60,193 nucleotides of DNA, from positions 1 to 60,193 of IMG/VR virus record IMGVR_UViG_3300033148_003082; one strand, 5' to 3'. The notes below the pieces were generated by a model. The model saw only the letters and a program-made list of their open reading frames with translations. It was not told the origin of the DNA and searched no databases. The DNA comes from a virus (lineage: Duplodnaviria; Caudoviricetes). A program made the translations under genes and the position numbers. Position 1 is the first letter of the stretch; the number at the start of each line of letters is the position of its first letter. Shown here one piece after another: positions 20,898 to 31,529 of the stretch.

Positions 20898-21107
20898 TCA
20901 CGACTCTCCTTGTGTATTCGGAACAGAAGAAACAACAGTAGCAATATCTTCCATTTCGTATTGCTTTTGCAAGTCAAGATATTCTTTTCGATCTATTTCA
21001 ATCCAGCCCGATTCCTCTACCCAGTGTGTTGACAAAGAACTTTTTTTCCTGACTTCCATTATTAATGGGGGATCGGAAACTTCTGCCTTAAAATATTTTT
21101 TACTCAT
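20898..21107 (-). CDS. Hypothetical protein
   Basis: Translationally coupled to sbcC. Confidence 0.5.
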   Translation of the reverse strand: MSKKYFKAEVSDPPLIMEVRKKSSLSTHWVEESGWIEIDRKEYLDLQKQYEMEDIATVVSSVPNTQGES

Positions 21108-23467
21108 TGAATCCTCACTTGGCTACCCGTTGCGGTTTTCTCAACAAGAATTTGCACAGGGAAAGCCTGCATTACTTCTTGAATATGCGAGATGACTAAC
21201 ACCGTGCTATATTCTTCTTGAACTATATTAATGGCCTCTATGAGTCGATCTCTGCCGTTGGCGTCTTGGGACCCAAACCCCTCATCTATGACTAAGGTTC
21301 TTAATTTAGCACCTGCTCTATTGGCCAGCACGTGTGATAACGCCATTCTAATCGCAAAATTAATTCGGAAGGACTCGCCCCCTGAAAACATTTCGTAGTC
21401 ACGAATTCCAAACTGATCCTGAATCTCGATATCAAGAGTTTCTTTGAGATCTTCCCTAGAACTATCTGCATATCCTTTTTGTGTGACAAAATGGACTTGC
21501 ATTGTTCCACCTGAAAGTTTAGTAAGTAACTGATTCGCTTTATCCTCGATCTGAGGCAATGCCATCTCAACCAACAAAGCCGGAACTCCCTTCTTTGAAA
21601 ATGCTTCTTGCAGTACGCAATACCTTTGATGCAATTCTGTGTTCGCTTTTTCTTTTTCCTTGATCTCTTTTAATCGCGTCTTTTGAATTTCAATATTCTG
21701 TAACTTTGCTTCTACCTGCCCTTCTCGCTTCACCTGTCGATCGTAATCTTCTCGTGCCACTTGCAGCACGCCTTCAAACGATTCAAGAGCAGACAAATCA
21801 TAATCTTCAGTATATTTGTCTTTACTCAATTCCAAGTCAGTTGATGCTTCAGATTGTGCCTCAATAGCAGTGTCCAAGTCTTTTTCCAAGCCTTTGATTT
21901 GGACAACAAGGGATTGACTGGTTTTTTCTGCCCCTTCCAGTAATCCGTGGGATCTGGACGCGTTATGCAGTGTAGCTAATTCTTGTCTTAATTCAAGCTC
22001 TTTTGCTGGATCATAATCAATATCATTCAATTCCTGCTGGACATTTTCAACTTCACCTCGATCAAATCCTTTGTTCTTTTCTTGATATTGATAAATCATC
22101 TGTTGAGAAGTAGTGATCCTTTCCGCATAACTTGCCACTACGCTTAGTTCCCGCTGAATAGAAGCACTAGCGTCTATACTGTTATCTTGCTCTTCTTTAA
22201 GTTGCTGAATTTTCGGTTCTAGTCGCTCTTGTTCAGTTCTCAATTTGTTTATTAGTTCTGCTGGATTCTTGAGTTTCTGTTCACACAATGGACAAACTTC
22301 ATGCCCTTCAAGTCCCTTGATCTGTGTGTGTAATTCAACATGCCTGGCTTTTAGATTATCTGATTCAACTTTCCATTTAATTTGATTCTCTTTGATTTCG
22401 TCGAGCGCAATTTCATACTTGTCAGCTTCCAGCGCCTTCTCTTTCCATTGTTTTATGCTTTCTTCAAGTCCGGGAATGCCTGCTAAGTCTTTGTCAATAG
22501 ATTCCTGTACCTGCACCAACAAGGCAATCTTGTTATTCAATTTGTTCCATTCCGTTGATGATGCTTGCAGCCCTAATTGCAGCTCTGTAACCTCTTGATG
22601 GCGTTCGTAGTCTACAATAATCTGGTCCCGTTTGGTTAACAATTCCTGATTTTCCGCCTGTTGATTATCCAGCAGTGTTTTCCGGCTTATCAGGTCAGTG
22701 ACTTGGCTTGCTACTTTTTCAAACTTCGCTTTCAGTTCCTGTAAGTTATTTTCCCATAACTGATATTTGTCAAACACCTTCTGTTCTTGATCTAAAGAAG
22801 TCTGAGCCGTTGTCTGATTAAATAAGGCAACTTTTACGTCCTGCTTTACCTGCTTTAATTCTTCCTGAAATTCCCCCTCACCCCGAATATCCTCTTCCAG
22901 TATTTGCATACTGCCTCTGGATTGCTCCATCTTCTGCTCAATCTCTTTAATCTTTGAAGCAGCCTTTAATCGGTAATCCTCCCAAGCACCTAATCCTAAA
23001 ATATCAAACAGTACCTTCTTTCTTTGACCAGAAGAAGCAGAAACAAATTGATCGGATTGTCCTTGCAGGAAGAATACGGCATTGGTAAAAGTGTCGTAAT
23101 CAACCTTAAGAATATTTTCTATTTTATTTTGGGTGTCCCTAGTTGTGCGCTCTGTTAAATCCAGCTCTGGCGTTTTGAGGGTTAATCGGGCAGCCTTGCC
23201 TCTCTGGTTAGACCGTTGGATTATATAATTCTCGCCAGCGTATTCAAAAGACAGCGTGACGATTGCCGTGTCTGATTGCAGATTAATCAAACTTTCATTT
23301 GATTGTCTTGCCTTTCCAAAAATTACCCACGTGACAGCTTCGAGAATAGACGATTTGCCACTGCCGTTTTCTCCGGAAATGCAGGCCAATTCAAAACTGG
23401 TGAAATCAATCTCCACTTTTTCCTGATATGACAAAAATCCCTCAAGCGATAGATTTTGTATTTTCAT
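21104..23467 (-). CDS. sbcC: SbcC/Rad50 SMC ATPase
   Basis: Walker A GENGSGKS, Q-loop, zinc hook CPLC, signature FSGGE, Walker B IDEGFG, ISH. Confidence 0.95.
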   Translation of the reverse strand: MKIQNLSLEGFLSYQEKVEIDFTSFELACISGENGSGKSSILEAVTWVIFGKARQSNESLINLQSDTAIVTLSFEYAGENYIIQRSNQRGKAARLTLKTPELDLTERTTRDTQNKIENILKVDYDTFTNAVFFLQGQSDQFVSASSGQRKKVLFDILGLGAWEDYRLKAASKIKEIEQKMEQSRGSMQILEEDIRGEGEFQEELKQVKQDVKVALFNQTTAQTSLDQEQKVFDKYQLWENNLQELKAKFEKVASQVTDLISRKTLLDNQQAENQELLTKRDQIIVDYERHQEVTELQLGLQASSTEWNKLNNKIALLVQVQESIDKDLAGIPGLEESIKQWKEKALEADKYEIALDEIKENQIKWKVESDNLKARHVELHTQIKGLEGHEVCPLCEQKLKNPAELINKLRTEQERLEPKIQQLKEEQDNSIDASASIQRELSVVASYAERITTSQQMIYQYQEKNKGFDRGEVENVQQELNDIDYDPAKELELRQELATLHNASRSHGLLEGAEKTSQSLVVQIKGLEKDLDTAIEAQSEASTDLELSKDKYTEDYDLSALESFEGVLQVAREDYDRQVKREGQVEAKLQNIEIQKTRLKEIKEKEKANTELHQRYCVLQEAFSKKGVPALLVEMALPQIEDKANQLLTKLSGGTMQVHFVTQKGYADSSREDLKETLDIEIQDQFGIRDYEMFSGGESFRINFAIRMALSHVLANRAGAKLRTLVIDEGFGSQDANGRDRLIEAINIVQEEYSTVLVISHIQEVMQAFPVQILVEKTATGSQVRIQ

Positions 23468-23469
23468 AG

Positions 23470-24621
23470 TTAAGCTCCTTCCAGAACCGTTTTGCTTAAT
23501 TCCAGTAGCTCGTCAATTTCTTCTTCTTTGGTCCCCTTTTCTTCAAAGTACATTTTCAATAGTTCTTTAGGTGAGTAAGAAGCTATGTCCTCTTCTAAAT
23601 CTAATCGTGTTCTCCCCTCCCTGATAGGACTTTGTACTATTTGAACCGAAAAAGCGTCCGGAAACATTGCTTCAATCTGTTGGTTATTAATTAGTCCGGC
23701 CCAGTTTTCGGGATATTGTAATTTAATCCGGATCATTACCCCAGGCGCATCTTTGCCATCGTCTACCTCATCAGTTGCCTGGTAAATCTCTGTATAAAAA
23801 TCTTCTTTGTCTTGTAGATTTACAGTTACGTCAATCATTGGCCGGGTGTCTAATTTATGGAACCCCCAATCACAGCTGTCTTTATTTACTTCTGCGATAA
23901 TGAAACCTTTGTCTTCCTCTGCCTCTCCCCAGTCAACATGTTCAACTGACCCTGGATAAATAACGGGGGGGCTTTCGCTTAAGTTCTGGTACTTATGAAT
24001 GTGGCCAAGGGCACAATAGTCGAATCCACTTTCAGTTAATAATTTCAAAGGGATCATTAAATCATCGCCCAAAGTCACCATTTGTCCAGTACTGTACTGC
24101 GCGTTAGTTGTAGAGCAATGTCCCAAAAACAAATTGGCCGTTTCCGGGTCCATCTTTTCAATCAATTCTTCCAGCTGTTGAATTACTTCCCCCATGATTA
24201 ATTTTGACTTATGAACCCAACAAAGGCTGACAATATCAAATGCCTCTGTTTTTATCAGCTCGATTTTATCAACAACGTGAATGTATTTCGTCTTGAATGT
24301 TTTAAATTCAGTCAGTGCATGGGCCTTCATGTTGGCACCGGCATCATGGTTCCCAACCAGAAGATAAGTTGGAATTTGCGCATCTTCAAGGCGCAATATC
24401 CTTTCCGCCCAGGCTGTTTGATATTGTATTTTAGGGTGTCTATCCTTGAAAGCATCCCCAGAAAAGAGAAACAGGTCAACCTTTTCGTTGATTGCTGTAT
24501 CAATAATGGTATCCATGGATTTCAGGAAGTCCATTACTCGGATTGGCAATCCCGTGTCCGGATCCCATTTTCCGCTCTGTACAGCATCTATGTGGAAATC
24601 GGCAGTATGTAAAATCTTCAT
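23470..24621 (-). CDS. sbcD: SbcD/Mre11 nuclease
   Basis: MKILHTADFH, SGDAF, VGNHD, LGHIH and YPGS motifs; adjacent to sbcC. Confidence 0.95.
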   Translation of the reverse strand: MKILHTADFHIDAVQSGKWDPDTGLPIRVMDFLKSMDTIIDTAINEKVDLFLFSGDAFKDRHPKIQYQTAWAERILRLEDAQIPTYLLVGNHDAGANMKAHALTEFKTFKTKYIHVVDKIELIKTEAFDIVSLCWVHKSKLIMGEVIQQLEELIEKMDPETANLFLGHCSTTNAQYSTGQMVTLGDDLMIPLKLLTESGFDYCALGHIHKYQNLSESPPVIYPGSVEHVDWGEAEEDKGFIIAEVNKDSCDWGFHKLDTRPMIDVTVNLQDKEDFYTEIYQATDEVDDGKDAPGVMIRIKLQYPENWAGLINNQQIEAMFPDAFSVQIVQSPIREGRTRLDLEEDIASYSPKELLKMYFEEKGTKEEEIDELLELSKTVLEGA

Positions 24622-25112
24622 GGTAATTCTCCCTTGTTTGATCTTATTCGATCCACAGCTGCGCATACGTCTAATCTTTTTTCTGTTTCTTCGTGCAAAA
24701 TAAAATTATTCTTGTTTTCGCGATAATATTTTTCCCATGTTCCGCCAAACTTTCTTGCCATTCCTTTCCAGTCGCATATCATTTGCTTTATATACTTCTC
24801 TGGCATTGGCAGAGGAATTATCTCGTTTTTTCGATTTATGCTTACCCAATAATTCCAATGATGTTTGTTTCTTTTTTGATGCAAATTCCAACCAGATAAG
24901 AAATCAATATCATTCTCGTCCGACGTTTTATAATTGTTGCTTCTGTTTTTTTTGTGAAAGAACCGCGAATAAGGGATAAATTCCGACAACAAAAACTTAC
25001 TCAAATCGTGAGTGATCGCATGTAAAAACAAGCCAGATTTACAACACTCAATACCTACATGCCATTTATGCAATACTATATACTTGAAATATTCCCAATA
25101 TTTACCCATCAT
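24618..25112 (-). CDS. DUF5662-like HD-type protein
   Basis: HKWHV...HDLSKF...HQKRNKHHWNYW...MICDW. Confidence 0.7.
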   Translation of the reverse strand: MMGKYWEYFKYIVLHKWHVGIECCKSGLFLHAITHDLSKFLLSEFIPYSRFFHKKNRSNNYKTSDENDIDFLSGWNLHQKRNKHHWNYWVSINRKNEIIPLPMPEKYIKQMICDWKGMARKFGGTWEKYYRENKNNFILHEETEKRLDVCAAVDRIRSNKGELP

Positions 25113-25117
25113 CCCTC

Positions 25118-25339
25118 CTATATCGTATTTAAATAGCCCAAAAAATCCGCAATATCTTGCAAGCAAGAAATATTAAAGACCATATTATCTATTGTGTAAA
25201 AGCAATATTGTTTCCACGGTTTATAGAAATAAACAAATCCCAAGATATCATCGCTTTTCTTGTTCTTGCAATACCAGCCAGTTTTAGTTTCTTCGCTTTG
25301 CTCAAACCGAATATATTTATACTTCTGCCCTGGTTTCAT
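25118..25339 (-). CDS. Hypothetical phage protein
   Basis: GGAGG RBS; KPWKQYCF...FNISCLQDIADFL. Confidence 0.55.
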   Translation of the reverse strand: MKPGQKYKYIRFEQSEETKTGWYCKNKKSDDILGFVYFYKPWKQYCFYTIDNMVFNISCLQDIADFLGYLNTI

Positions 25340-25472
25340 TTGTCCTCCAGCCTGTCAATGTCTTTCTCTCTCGGAGGGCATCGTGGCAAGGATGCGTTCA
25401 AGCACAACCAAAGCCCAATCCGTGTCTTTCGAGTAATTCATCTCTTTGCGGAAATTAGCAAGCATCTTCTCT

Positions 25473-26057
25473 TTACAATCCATTTTTACCATCCTTTGCA
25501 GACCATAAATCCCTAAATTCGCCCAAAAAGGTATTTTCCGCCTGTCCGGGCTGCCATGCCGGAAGTTCTACATTAAACGGTATTACTCCGTCTTTCTGCA
25601 CTTCCCATTCCAGTCCTTCAATCTCAATCTTTCCCATCAATTGTTGTCTTTCCGTTTCTAGCATACGAATATCTGCCTCACGCACAACATCACTCATTTT
25701 GCCAATGGGTAAACCATAAGCTGTACGAATTACGTCATCAAGTTGTCTTTCGTATTCCCTATACCCTGGTAAGAATTTTTTCATTGGTCCCGCAATATCG
25801 TTAAGATACGCTTCTGAAGCATCGTGCAGTAAAGCCTCCAATTTATATTCTTCAGGAACCATCCTGCTCATCATAACGCTGTGTTCTGCAACTGAGTAAA
25901 ACACCAACGTATGACCCGTGTACCTACATAACATGGACAAGGCATGAGCTATGTCTTTGATGCTAACGTCCCGCGCTTTTGGATCTGATGGCGTAAACGA
26001 GATTCCGCTATAAGTTTGTATCCAGTTTTCAACATTCAAGTTTTTGTATTTATTCAC
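25473..26057 (-). CDS. HD-domain phosphohydrolase (YfdR/YfbR-like 5'-deoxynucleotidase)
   Basis: DIAHALS..CRYTGH..FYSVAEHS...ALLHDASEAYL.D; GTG start with GGAG RBS. Confidence 0.85.
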   Translation of the reverse strand: MNKYKNLNVENWIQTYSGISFTPSDPKARDVSIKDIAHALSMLCRYTGHTLVFYSVAEHSVMMSRMVPEEYKLEALLHDASEAYLNDIAGPMKKFLPGYREYERQLDDVIRTAYGLPIGKMSDVVREADIRMLETERQQLMGKIEIEGLEWEVQKDGVIPFNVELPAWQPGQAENTFLGEFRDLWSAKDGKNGL

Positions 26058-26118
26058 TTCGTCTCCTAGATAATTGTGCGAGGCAGACTCGGAGGGATCC
26101 ACCTCGCACGGACCAACA

Positions 26119-27246
26119 CTAACTTTCTTTTTGGTCGAGATAATACTTTGCTGCCTCAATTCTAATTTCCGCAGTTGCTAAGTTTACATCTGTAATATCG
26201 TCTCGTTTAGCATAATCCGTAACGTTATTTACATATTCATTTAAAGCTTCTATGGAAAGATCAGAAAGAAGAATGCCATCTGCTCGTTTAATCCCTTTAT
26301 ACTTGTCTTCTTTTTCTACAGAATTCACCCCAGGGGCATCAATTATCGTTTCTGTGGGGTTTTCGGGGGGCGTAGGGGTTTCCCATTGTCCAGGAGGCGT
26401 AAGTTCTGGCAAAACCTCGATTTCCGATTCTGGCAAATCGTAACTTGGCTTCAGCATCTTTGCAGCGGTTGTCAATAACGGGAAGGCATTTTGTTTATCC
26501 GCTTCCATTCTTGCAGACACCCAATCAGAATTAGCGATAACGGAAACCAAAGATTTAGTAACTCTAACTTTCTTCCTATCAATCGGAGCCATTACTTTTT
26601 GATCCGATCTCATCAAGTTGAGCGGGACGCCTTTGATTACTTCATTGTTTAGTTCTTTGATTCCCCTTAGTTGCTGAGAAATATTTGTGCAATCATTCCA
26701 AGAGCCCGTAATCATCATCATGTATCCAGCTTCTTCTAGCTCAGGCACAATAACTTTCAATCTTCCAACTGGTGAATATTCAACCGGATTGTTTTTGTAA
26801 TCATATCCTGCTATATTGTCTTCTGGATGCGGTTCTGGTAAACCTGTTTCTAAATTGATCCCATTTCTTACAATTATTTCCCCTGTTTTCCCATCGCAAC
26901 GGAACAAAACCATTCCACTTTCTTCCGCTGGCCCATCAGACCTGGCAAGCAACCTGGATGCTGTATAGGCCTCAAGAAATGGATCCCACATTTCGGAAAT
27001 TTCATTAAAGGGAAGACGGATGTTTATTGATTTTGGTTCTGCTGGATACACGCTAAAGAACTTTGCTGCTAAGTGTTCAAATCCTTTTTCAAATTCTATC
27101 TTGAAATAATCCAGATCAACAGGCTTCATTACTTGTTTATCTTTCGGATAATCTTTTGTCTTTTTGGTTGGTTGCATTTCCCCTTTTCTGATTCTCCCTA
27201 TCCTGGGAAAGCCAAGACCTTTATCTGAAACTCCTTTAATTGCCAT
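26119..27246 (-). CDS. Phage recombination protein (recombination directionality factor-like / Gp3-like family)
   Basis: FPRIGRIRKG...DLDYF N-terminus and GRLKVIVPEL; sits among recombination genes. Confidence 0.6.
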   Translation of the reverse strand: MAIKGVSDKGLGFPRIGRIRKGEMQPTKKTKDYPKDKQVMKPVDLDYFKIEFEKGFEHLAAKFFSVYPAEPKSINIRLPFNEISEMWDPFLEAYTASRLLARSDGPAEESGMVLFRCDGKTGEIIVRNGINLETGLPEPHPEDNIAGYDYKNNPVEYSPVGRLKVIVPELEEAGYMMMITGSWNDCTNISQQLRGIKELNNEVIKGVPLNLMRSDQKVMAPIDRKKVRVTKSLVSVIANSDWVSARMEADKQNAFPLLTTAAKMLKPSYDLPESEIEVLPELTPPGQWETPTPPENPTETIIDAPGVNSVEKEDKYKGIKRADGILLSDLSIEALNEYVNNVTDYAKRDDITDVNLATAEIRIEAAKYYLDQKES

Positions 27247-27640
27247 ACGCTTTCTCCTTTGTAATTATTCCCATTTGGACTAAATCCCTTTTTACCTCAA
27301 ACGATTGGTCAAAATCTTTTATTCTTTCTTTTTCAATAAAACTTTTAGTAACAAATCCAAAATCTTTTTGCGATCTTCGGCAAATAACTTCGGCTAACAA
27401 TAAACCTTCTGTGCTTTTTTTAAATTTTCCATCTTCGCCCACTACCCAAGTCATTGTTAAGTCACCCCAACAGCGGGAACAAGCAAATCTTTTAACAGTA
27501 TCTTGAGCAAGAATTTCTAACATTATCGCCATTTTGGAATTTTCACTATAAAGAACATTTTCACCATTTGTTGAAAATGCAACTATTCTTATTAATCTCC
27601 TTTGTATTACAATACTAGCATAACGCTTTTCCTTTGTCAA
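27236..27640 (-). CDS. Hypothetical protein
   Basis: CSRC motif; operon context. Confidence 0.45.
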   Translation of the reverse strand: MTKEKRYASIVIQRRLIRIVAFSTNGENVLYSENSKMAIMLEILAQDTVKRFACSRCWGDLTMTWVVGEDGKFKKSTEGLLLAEVICRRSQKDFGFVTKSFIEKERIKDFDQSFEVKRDLVQMGIITKEKAYGN

Positions 27641-27646
27641 GTGGTT

Positions 27647-28624
27647 TTATGCAATACCTGAAAGATCGGCGTTTCTTTTTTTACTTTCTAGTAAAGAGAG
27701 CTGGTTATGTGTAGGATCAAAGTAAACCCAATAAGATTCGTTATCCGGTCCTAATTTTTGTTTCAGGATATTAACAAGCATTTGGCAATGACCTTCTACT
27801 TTAAGGCTGCCAAACTTCTCGCCATCTTTCCTGTATTTGCTAGGACGGACAAGAGAAATAACTTTATCAGAGGTCTGTTCTATATTGCTCGACCATTGAC
27901 CGTCTTGTAACATAGGGATAGGTTTTCTTCTTTCCTCAACTTCTCTTCTAGCTTGAGCGCCTACTACTACCGGACAAGCGATTTCCAAGGCCATGTTTTT
28001 TATTGCGTCTAAATTGTCACTTATCCCGATGGTTTTTGATTCTTTTCTGTCGTAGGGAATTCTTTGTAAATAATCAAGAAAAATAATATCTATTTTATTT
28101 TTTTCATTTCCCCAATCTTCAATTGAATGAAGGGCCTCTGTAATATCATTAATGCCAATTCGTCCATATCTTTTTCTTCTTTCAATAGAATGACCAATAA
28201 ACCATAAGGGAAGATTGATTCTTTCAATACTGGATCGAAGAACTTTTTTCCATTCTATATCAGATAATTCGCCACGGGACATTTGTGTAACGGATATTCC
28301 TTTTTCCGCAGCGACATGAAAAGCGTGAAGATCCTCGACATGTTGCTCCCATGTAGCAAAAACAACTATACGGTTAGTAATGTTATTATTTGCAAGCCAA
28401 TGCGCTCTAGCTCTTGCCCATCGCATCATAAAACTAGATTTTCCGCTTCCGGGGCGACCGATTATTGTCATTATTTCACCATCAAGCATTGGAATAAGGT
28501 CTTTGTCTATCAAGTCGAAATAAAGAGGAATTCCATCGTCTTTTTGATCTCGGCGTTTCCCAATATAAGTACTTCCAAGTGTTCCAATTTCATTTGGCGC
28601 AAATACAATGTCTTTAGGATCCAT
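27647..28624 (-). CDS. dnaB: DnaB-like helicase (ATPase domain only)
   Basis: GRPGSGKS, IFLDYLQ, GAQARR and SSNIEQTSD motifs; only 325 aa. Confidence 0.88.
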   Translation of the reverse strand: MDPKDIVFAPNEIGTLGSTYIGKRRDQKDDGIPLYFDLIDKDLIPMLDGEIMTIIGRPGSGKSSFMMRWARARAHWLANNNITNRIVVFATWEQHVEDLHAFHVAAEKGISVTQMSRGELSDIEWKKVLRSSIERINLPLWFIGHSIERRKRYGRIGINDITEALHSIEDWGNEKNKIDIIFLDYLQRIPYDRKESKTIGISDNLDAIKNMALEIACPVVVGAQARREVEERRKPIPMLQDGQWSSNIEQTSDKVISLVRPSKYRKDGEKFGSLKVEGHCQMLVNILKQKLGPDNESYWVYFDPTHNQLSLLESKKRNADLSGIA

Positions 28625-28655
28625 ATACTACCTTTGTAGTGTCAATGATTGCCAC

Positions 28656-28955
28656 TTAGCTTAAATTGATTTGAAGGCCGGTAAAGCCCATACTCTCCAT
28701 TCTGTTTATCGTTTTTGTTGCTGTTTCACTTAGTTGATTTAACTCAATGGGCACGTAAAGATTGCACTCATCAATAACGTCTTTTATTCTTTTACTAATC
28801 TGTATTTTGCTTTCTCCTAACTCAGACATTTTCATCTTACGTATTTTGTCACCCTTTTCGTATCTGCGAATATCGTCCAAATACATTTTTATCAAGGAAA
28901 GAAAAACATTAATAGTTAGATGCCTGGTCATGTTACACTTCTCTAATTTGCTCAA
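28656..28955 (-). CDS. Hypothetical protein
   Basis: ORF in operon context. Confidence 0.4.
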   Translation of the reverse strand: MSKLEKCNMTRHLTINVFLSLIKMYLDDIRRYEKGDKIRKMKMSELGESKIQISKRIKDVIDECNLYVPIELNQLSETATKTINRMESMGFTGLQINLS

Positions 28956-28959
28956 TTGA

Positions 28960-29289
28960 CTACATCCACCTATTTATAGAATACAGCGTAACTATGTGAA
29001 AGCATTGATCCATAATTAAACGCAACCAGTCAGGTGGAGGATCATCGTTATTCGGGTTCCCTTGCCTAACAAAGTCAGGCCAGCGTTTTCCAAGCCCAAG
29101 CCCATCTATAAAAAGATGCACCATCATTCCAGTAAAACCCTGTAACATATTCCAGTTTGCTAAAAGGATAACTGGCGTAGTAGCCAAGCAAGCATGTATC
29201 ATAACGCCCCAGGGCTTTCTCTTTGCTCTTGCTAACCATCTGTTTTGTAACAAGAAATCGCCTATTAAATGTCCCACAAAGTAATCCAT
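28960..29289 (-). CDS. DUF3307 membrane protein
   Basis: HLIGDFLLQ...H...HLFID...DQCFH. Confidence 0.8.
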   Translation of the reverse strand: MDYFVGHLIGDFLLQNRWLARAKRKPWGVMIHACLATTPVILLANWNMLQGFTGMMVHLFIDGLGLGKRWPDFVRQGNPNNDDPPPDWLRLIMDQCFHIVTLYSINRWM

Positions 29290-29341
29290 CGCTCCTCCTC
29301 AACCTTGATTTCATCATCCCTGAATATAACCTTTTTTACCT

Positions 29342-29551
29342 TTACTTCTTTTCTGTAAATGTTATTTTTCCTATTTTTTCACACAACTTCTCCCAGTCTT
29401 CATTCTCGCCATAATAAGTTCCTGTCTCTCCGTTTTTGTAAAGGATGTGTATTGTCGAGCCCGTAGATGACGCTATCCGTCTAATAGCATTTATGTCATC
29501 TGCGTTTATCAATACGTCAGTTCTGTGAAAAGACATCTCTATAAAATTCAT
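29342..29551 (-). CDS. Hypothetical protein
   Basis: GGAG RBS; VLINADDI motif. Confidence 0.5.
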   Translation of the reverse strand: MNFIEMSFHRTDVLINADDINAIRRIASSTGSTIHILYKNGETGTYYGENEDWEKLCEKIGKITFTEKK

Positions 29552-29563
29552 TTGACAATCTCC

Positions 29564-29783
29564 TTATAACAATTCCGTCTGCTTCACAGACTCTATTCTT
29601 CGTTTTGCAATCTCGTAGTAATGTTCGTCTAATTCTATCCCAATAAAATCTCTGCCCACTGCTTTGCATGCCATCAAGGTGGTTCCGCTACCAGCAAATG
29701 GATCTAAGACTACTCCCCCCTAACGAGGGGAGTATCCTTTGGATGGGTTTATGAATCAATTTTAGTCTGTAGTCTTTTTCCAC
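29564..29783 (-). pseudogene. Internally deleted, frameshifted N4/N6 DNA methyltransferase remnant
   Basis: GGVVLDPFAGSGTTLMACKAVGRDFIGIELDEHYYEIAKRRI is preceded in frame by TAG. The upstream GTG-started VEKDYRLKLIH fragment is out of frame across a G6 run. Confidence 0.8.
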
Positions 29784-29795
29784 TATGGTATCCTT

Positions 29796-30815
29796 TCATT
29801 TTTCATACCTCCGTCCCATTTTTAATAAATTCTCAAGTGTCTTTTTGTCTAGCGATTTTTCAACAATCAAGTCGTCTATTTTTCCTGGAAGTTGAATTAT
29901 TCTTACTCTTTCTAATCCTAGCATTGTTGAAACTTTTCCCGCGGGAGAGCCGTTGCCGTTTGCTCCAAAAGCGTCTGGATCTGGACAGAAGTAAATAGGA
30001 TCATATCCAGCAAGCATGTCTAATACCCCGGATTCTGGACACATGCTAGGAAGTCCTATCACCTGCATTTTTGGATCATCAAGGGTAACATAAGTTACCA
30101 TTGCTTTGATCTCTCCTTCTACCAAAAGCAAGGAATTCTTCTCGGTCATTTCTGGATCACAGATAAACGGTGCTTGTGGTGCGTTGTAATATTCTTGATG
30201 ATATTTTCTTTCGTTATCTGGAACTTTCAAGAGACGATGTTTTATGTTATTTGCTTTCCATCCAATACCAAATAAAGGAATAACAAGGGTGGGTGAAGTC
30301 CACCAATTGACCCATTTCTCTTCCTCTTTTTTCCAAAGCTTATATTCCGGGTCGTATCCTAATTTCCAAAAATCAATCCAAAACTCATCGTTTATTCCTC
30401 TGGAAAACCAAAGGCGCTTTGTGGTTTTATCAAGATTGGAATGATACTCAATCCATTTCCTTTGCTTTCTAACTTCGGCAAGAGCTACTTCCCTTTGCCT
30501 AATCTCTCCCTCAATTCTTTTTTCGTGTTCCCGAAGACTATAAGCAACTTCTTCTGGAGTAGGAGGATTGTAGTCTTCTTCTTTTTCCGGAAACCATTTA
30601 TAATCACATCTCCGGCACCAACCCAAGGGTCCCCCAGTTGCGTCTGATACCGGCCACATACAAAACCTATCCGGCAGCTCATTGTTTGAATGAATTGATC
30701 CACCGCAGCGGGGACAGGAACTTGAATATTCTTTTCCTCCGACTTTTTGCTGCACATAGTTTATTCTGTTTCTAAGGGGTGCAAATTCTTGTGGCAGGGT
30801 TGTTGTTTTATTCAT
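29796..30815 (-). CDS. DNA primase (zinc finger + TOPRIM)
   Basis: CPRC...DRF...WCRRC zinc finger; LLVEGEIKA and PDPD TOPRIM motifs. Confidence 0.8.
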   Translation of the reverse strand: MNKTTTLPQEFAPLRNRINYVQQKVGGKEYSSSCPRCGGSIHSNNELPDRFCMWPVSDATGGPLGWCRRCDYKWFPEKEEDYNPPTPEEVAYSLREHEKRIEGEIRQREVALAEVRKQRKWIEYHSNLDKTTKRLWFSRGINDEFWIDFWKLGYDPEYKLWKKEEEKWVNWWTSPTLVIPLFGIGWKANNIKHRLLKVPDNERKYHQEYYNAPQAPFICDPEMTEKNSLLLVEGEIKAMVTYVTLDDPKMQVIGLPSMCPESGVLDMLAGYDPIYFCPDPDAFGANGNGSPAGKVSTMLGLERVRIIQLPGKIDDLIVEKSLDKKTLENLLKMGRRYEK

Positions 30816-30989
30816 TGTATAAAGGATTCCACCTTCCAAATCCACAATTTAGCAATCATTATTAAAGCAGGAGCAATTCTCAAATATCTTTCAAAACTGA
30901 GACCGATATATTCTTCCCTAACTTTTAACACCCAAGTTGCCCTGATAATAAAAAACGCCCATAGAAGAAATGTAATTATATAAATCATT

Positions 30990-31520
30990 TTACTCCTCCG
31001 CATTAAGAAGTATTGTTTCCAAAGATACTGGATAATATTTCCAGCAATCAATGCCTACATCAATCCTGTTTTTTTCTTTTTTCTCCAAGTTGCCATGAGA
31101 ATGTCCGTGTAAATGGATAGAGCCGTAATACTTTTTTCTCCAAGATTCTATTGGGTAATGACAAAGAACAAAAGTTCTTTTGTTATGCTTTATCTCGCTA
31201 AGCGCTGGTAAGAGTTCTGCAAAGTGTCCGGTATTACTTGGCGCTACAAATTCTTTGCCACCTTTTATCCACCTATAATCATGTCCACCTGGAACAATTT
31301 TAATTCTACCGTTCAATCGCATAATATAAAGCACAAATTGCTCAAATCCACCAAGGGAAAAATCACCAAGATGATATACAGTATCCTTTCTGCCAATTAC
31401 TGAATTCCAATTGTCAATTATGGACTGATCCATTTCCTCCACGGTAGAAAATGGACGAATACAATAATCAATAACATTTTTGTGTCCTAAGTGAGTGTCC
31501 GCGGTAAAATAAATAGCCAT
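30990..31520 (-). CDS. Calcineurin-like metallophosphoesterase
   Basis: FTADTHLGH, HLGDF, PGGHD, CHYP and HGHSH motifs. Confidence 0.9.
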   Translation of the reverse strand: MAIYFTADTHLGHKNVIDYCIRPFSTVEEMDQSIIDNWNSVIGRKDTVYHLGDFSLGGFEQFVLYIMRLNGRIKIVPGGHDYRWIKGGKEFVAPSNTGHFAELLPALSEIKHNKRTFVLCHYPIESWRKKYYGSIHLHGHSHGNLEKKEKNRIDVGIDCWKYYPVSLETILLNAEE

Positions 31521-31529
31521 AAAATATTC

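Noticed and set aside
25473-26057. DatZ of a 2-aminoadenine (Z) genome
   Set aside because: No PurZ or MazZ in the window; the motifs fit the common YfdR-like family.
26119-27246. Evidence of an integration module
   Set aside because: The RDF-like family name alone is insufficient; no integrase or att site is visible, so lifestyle is undetermined.
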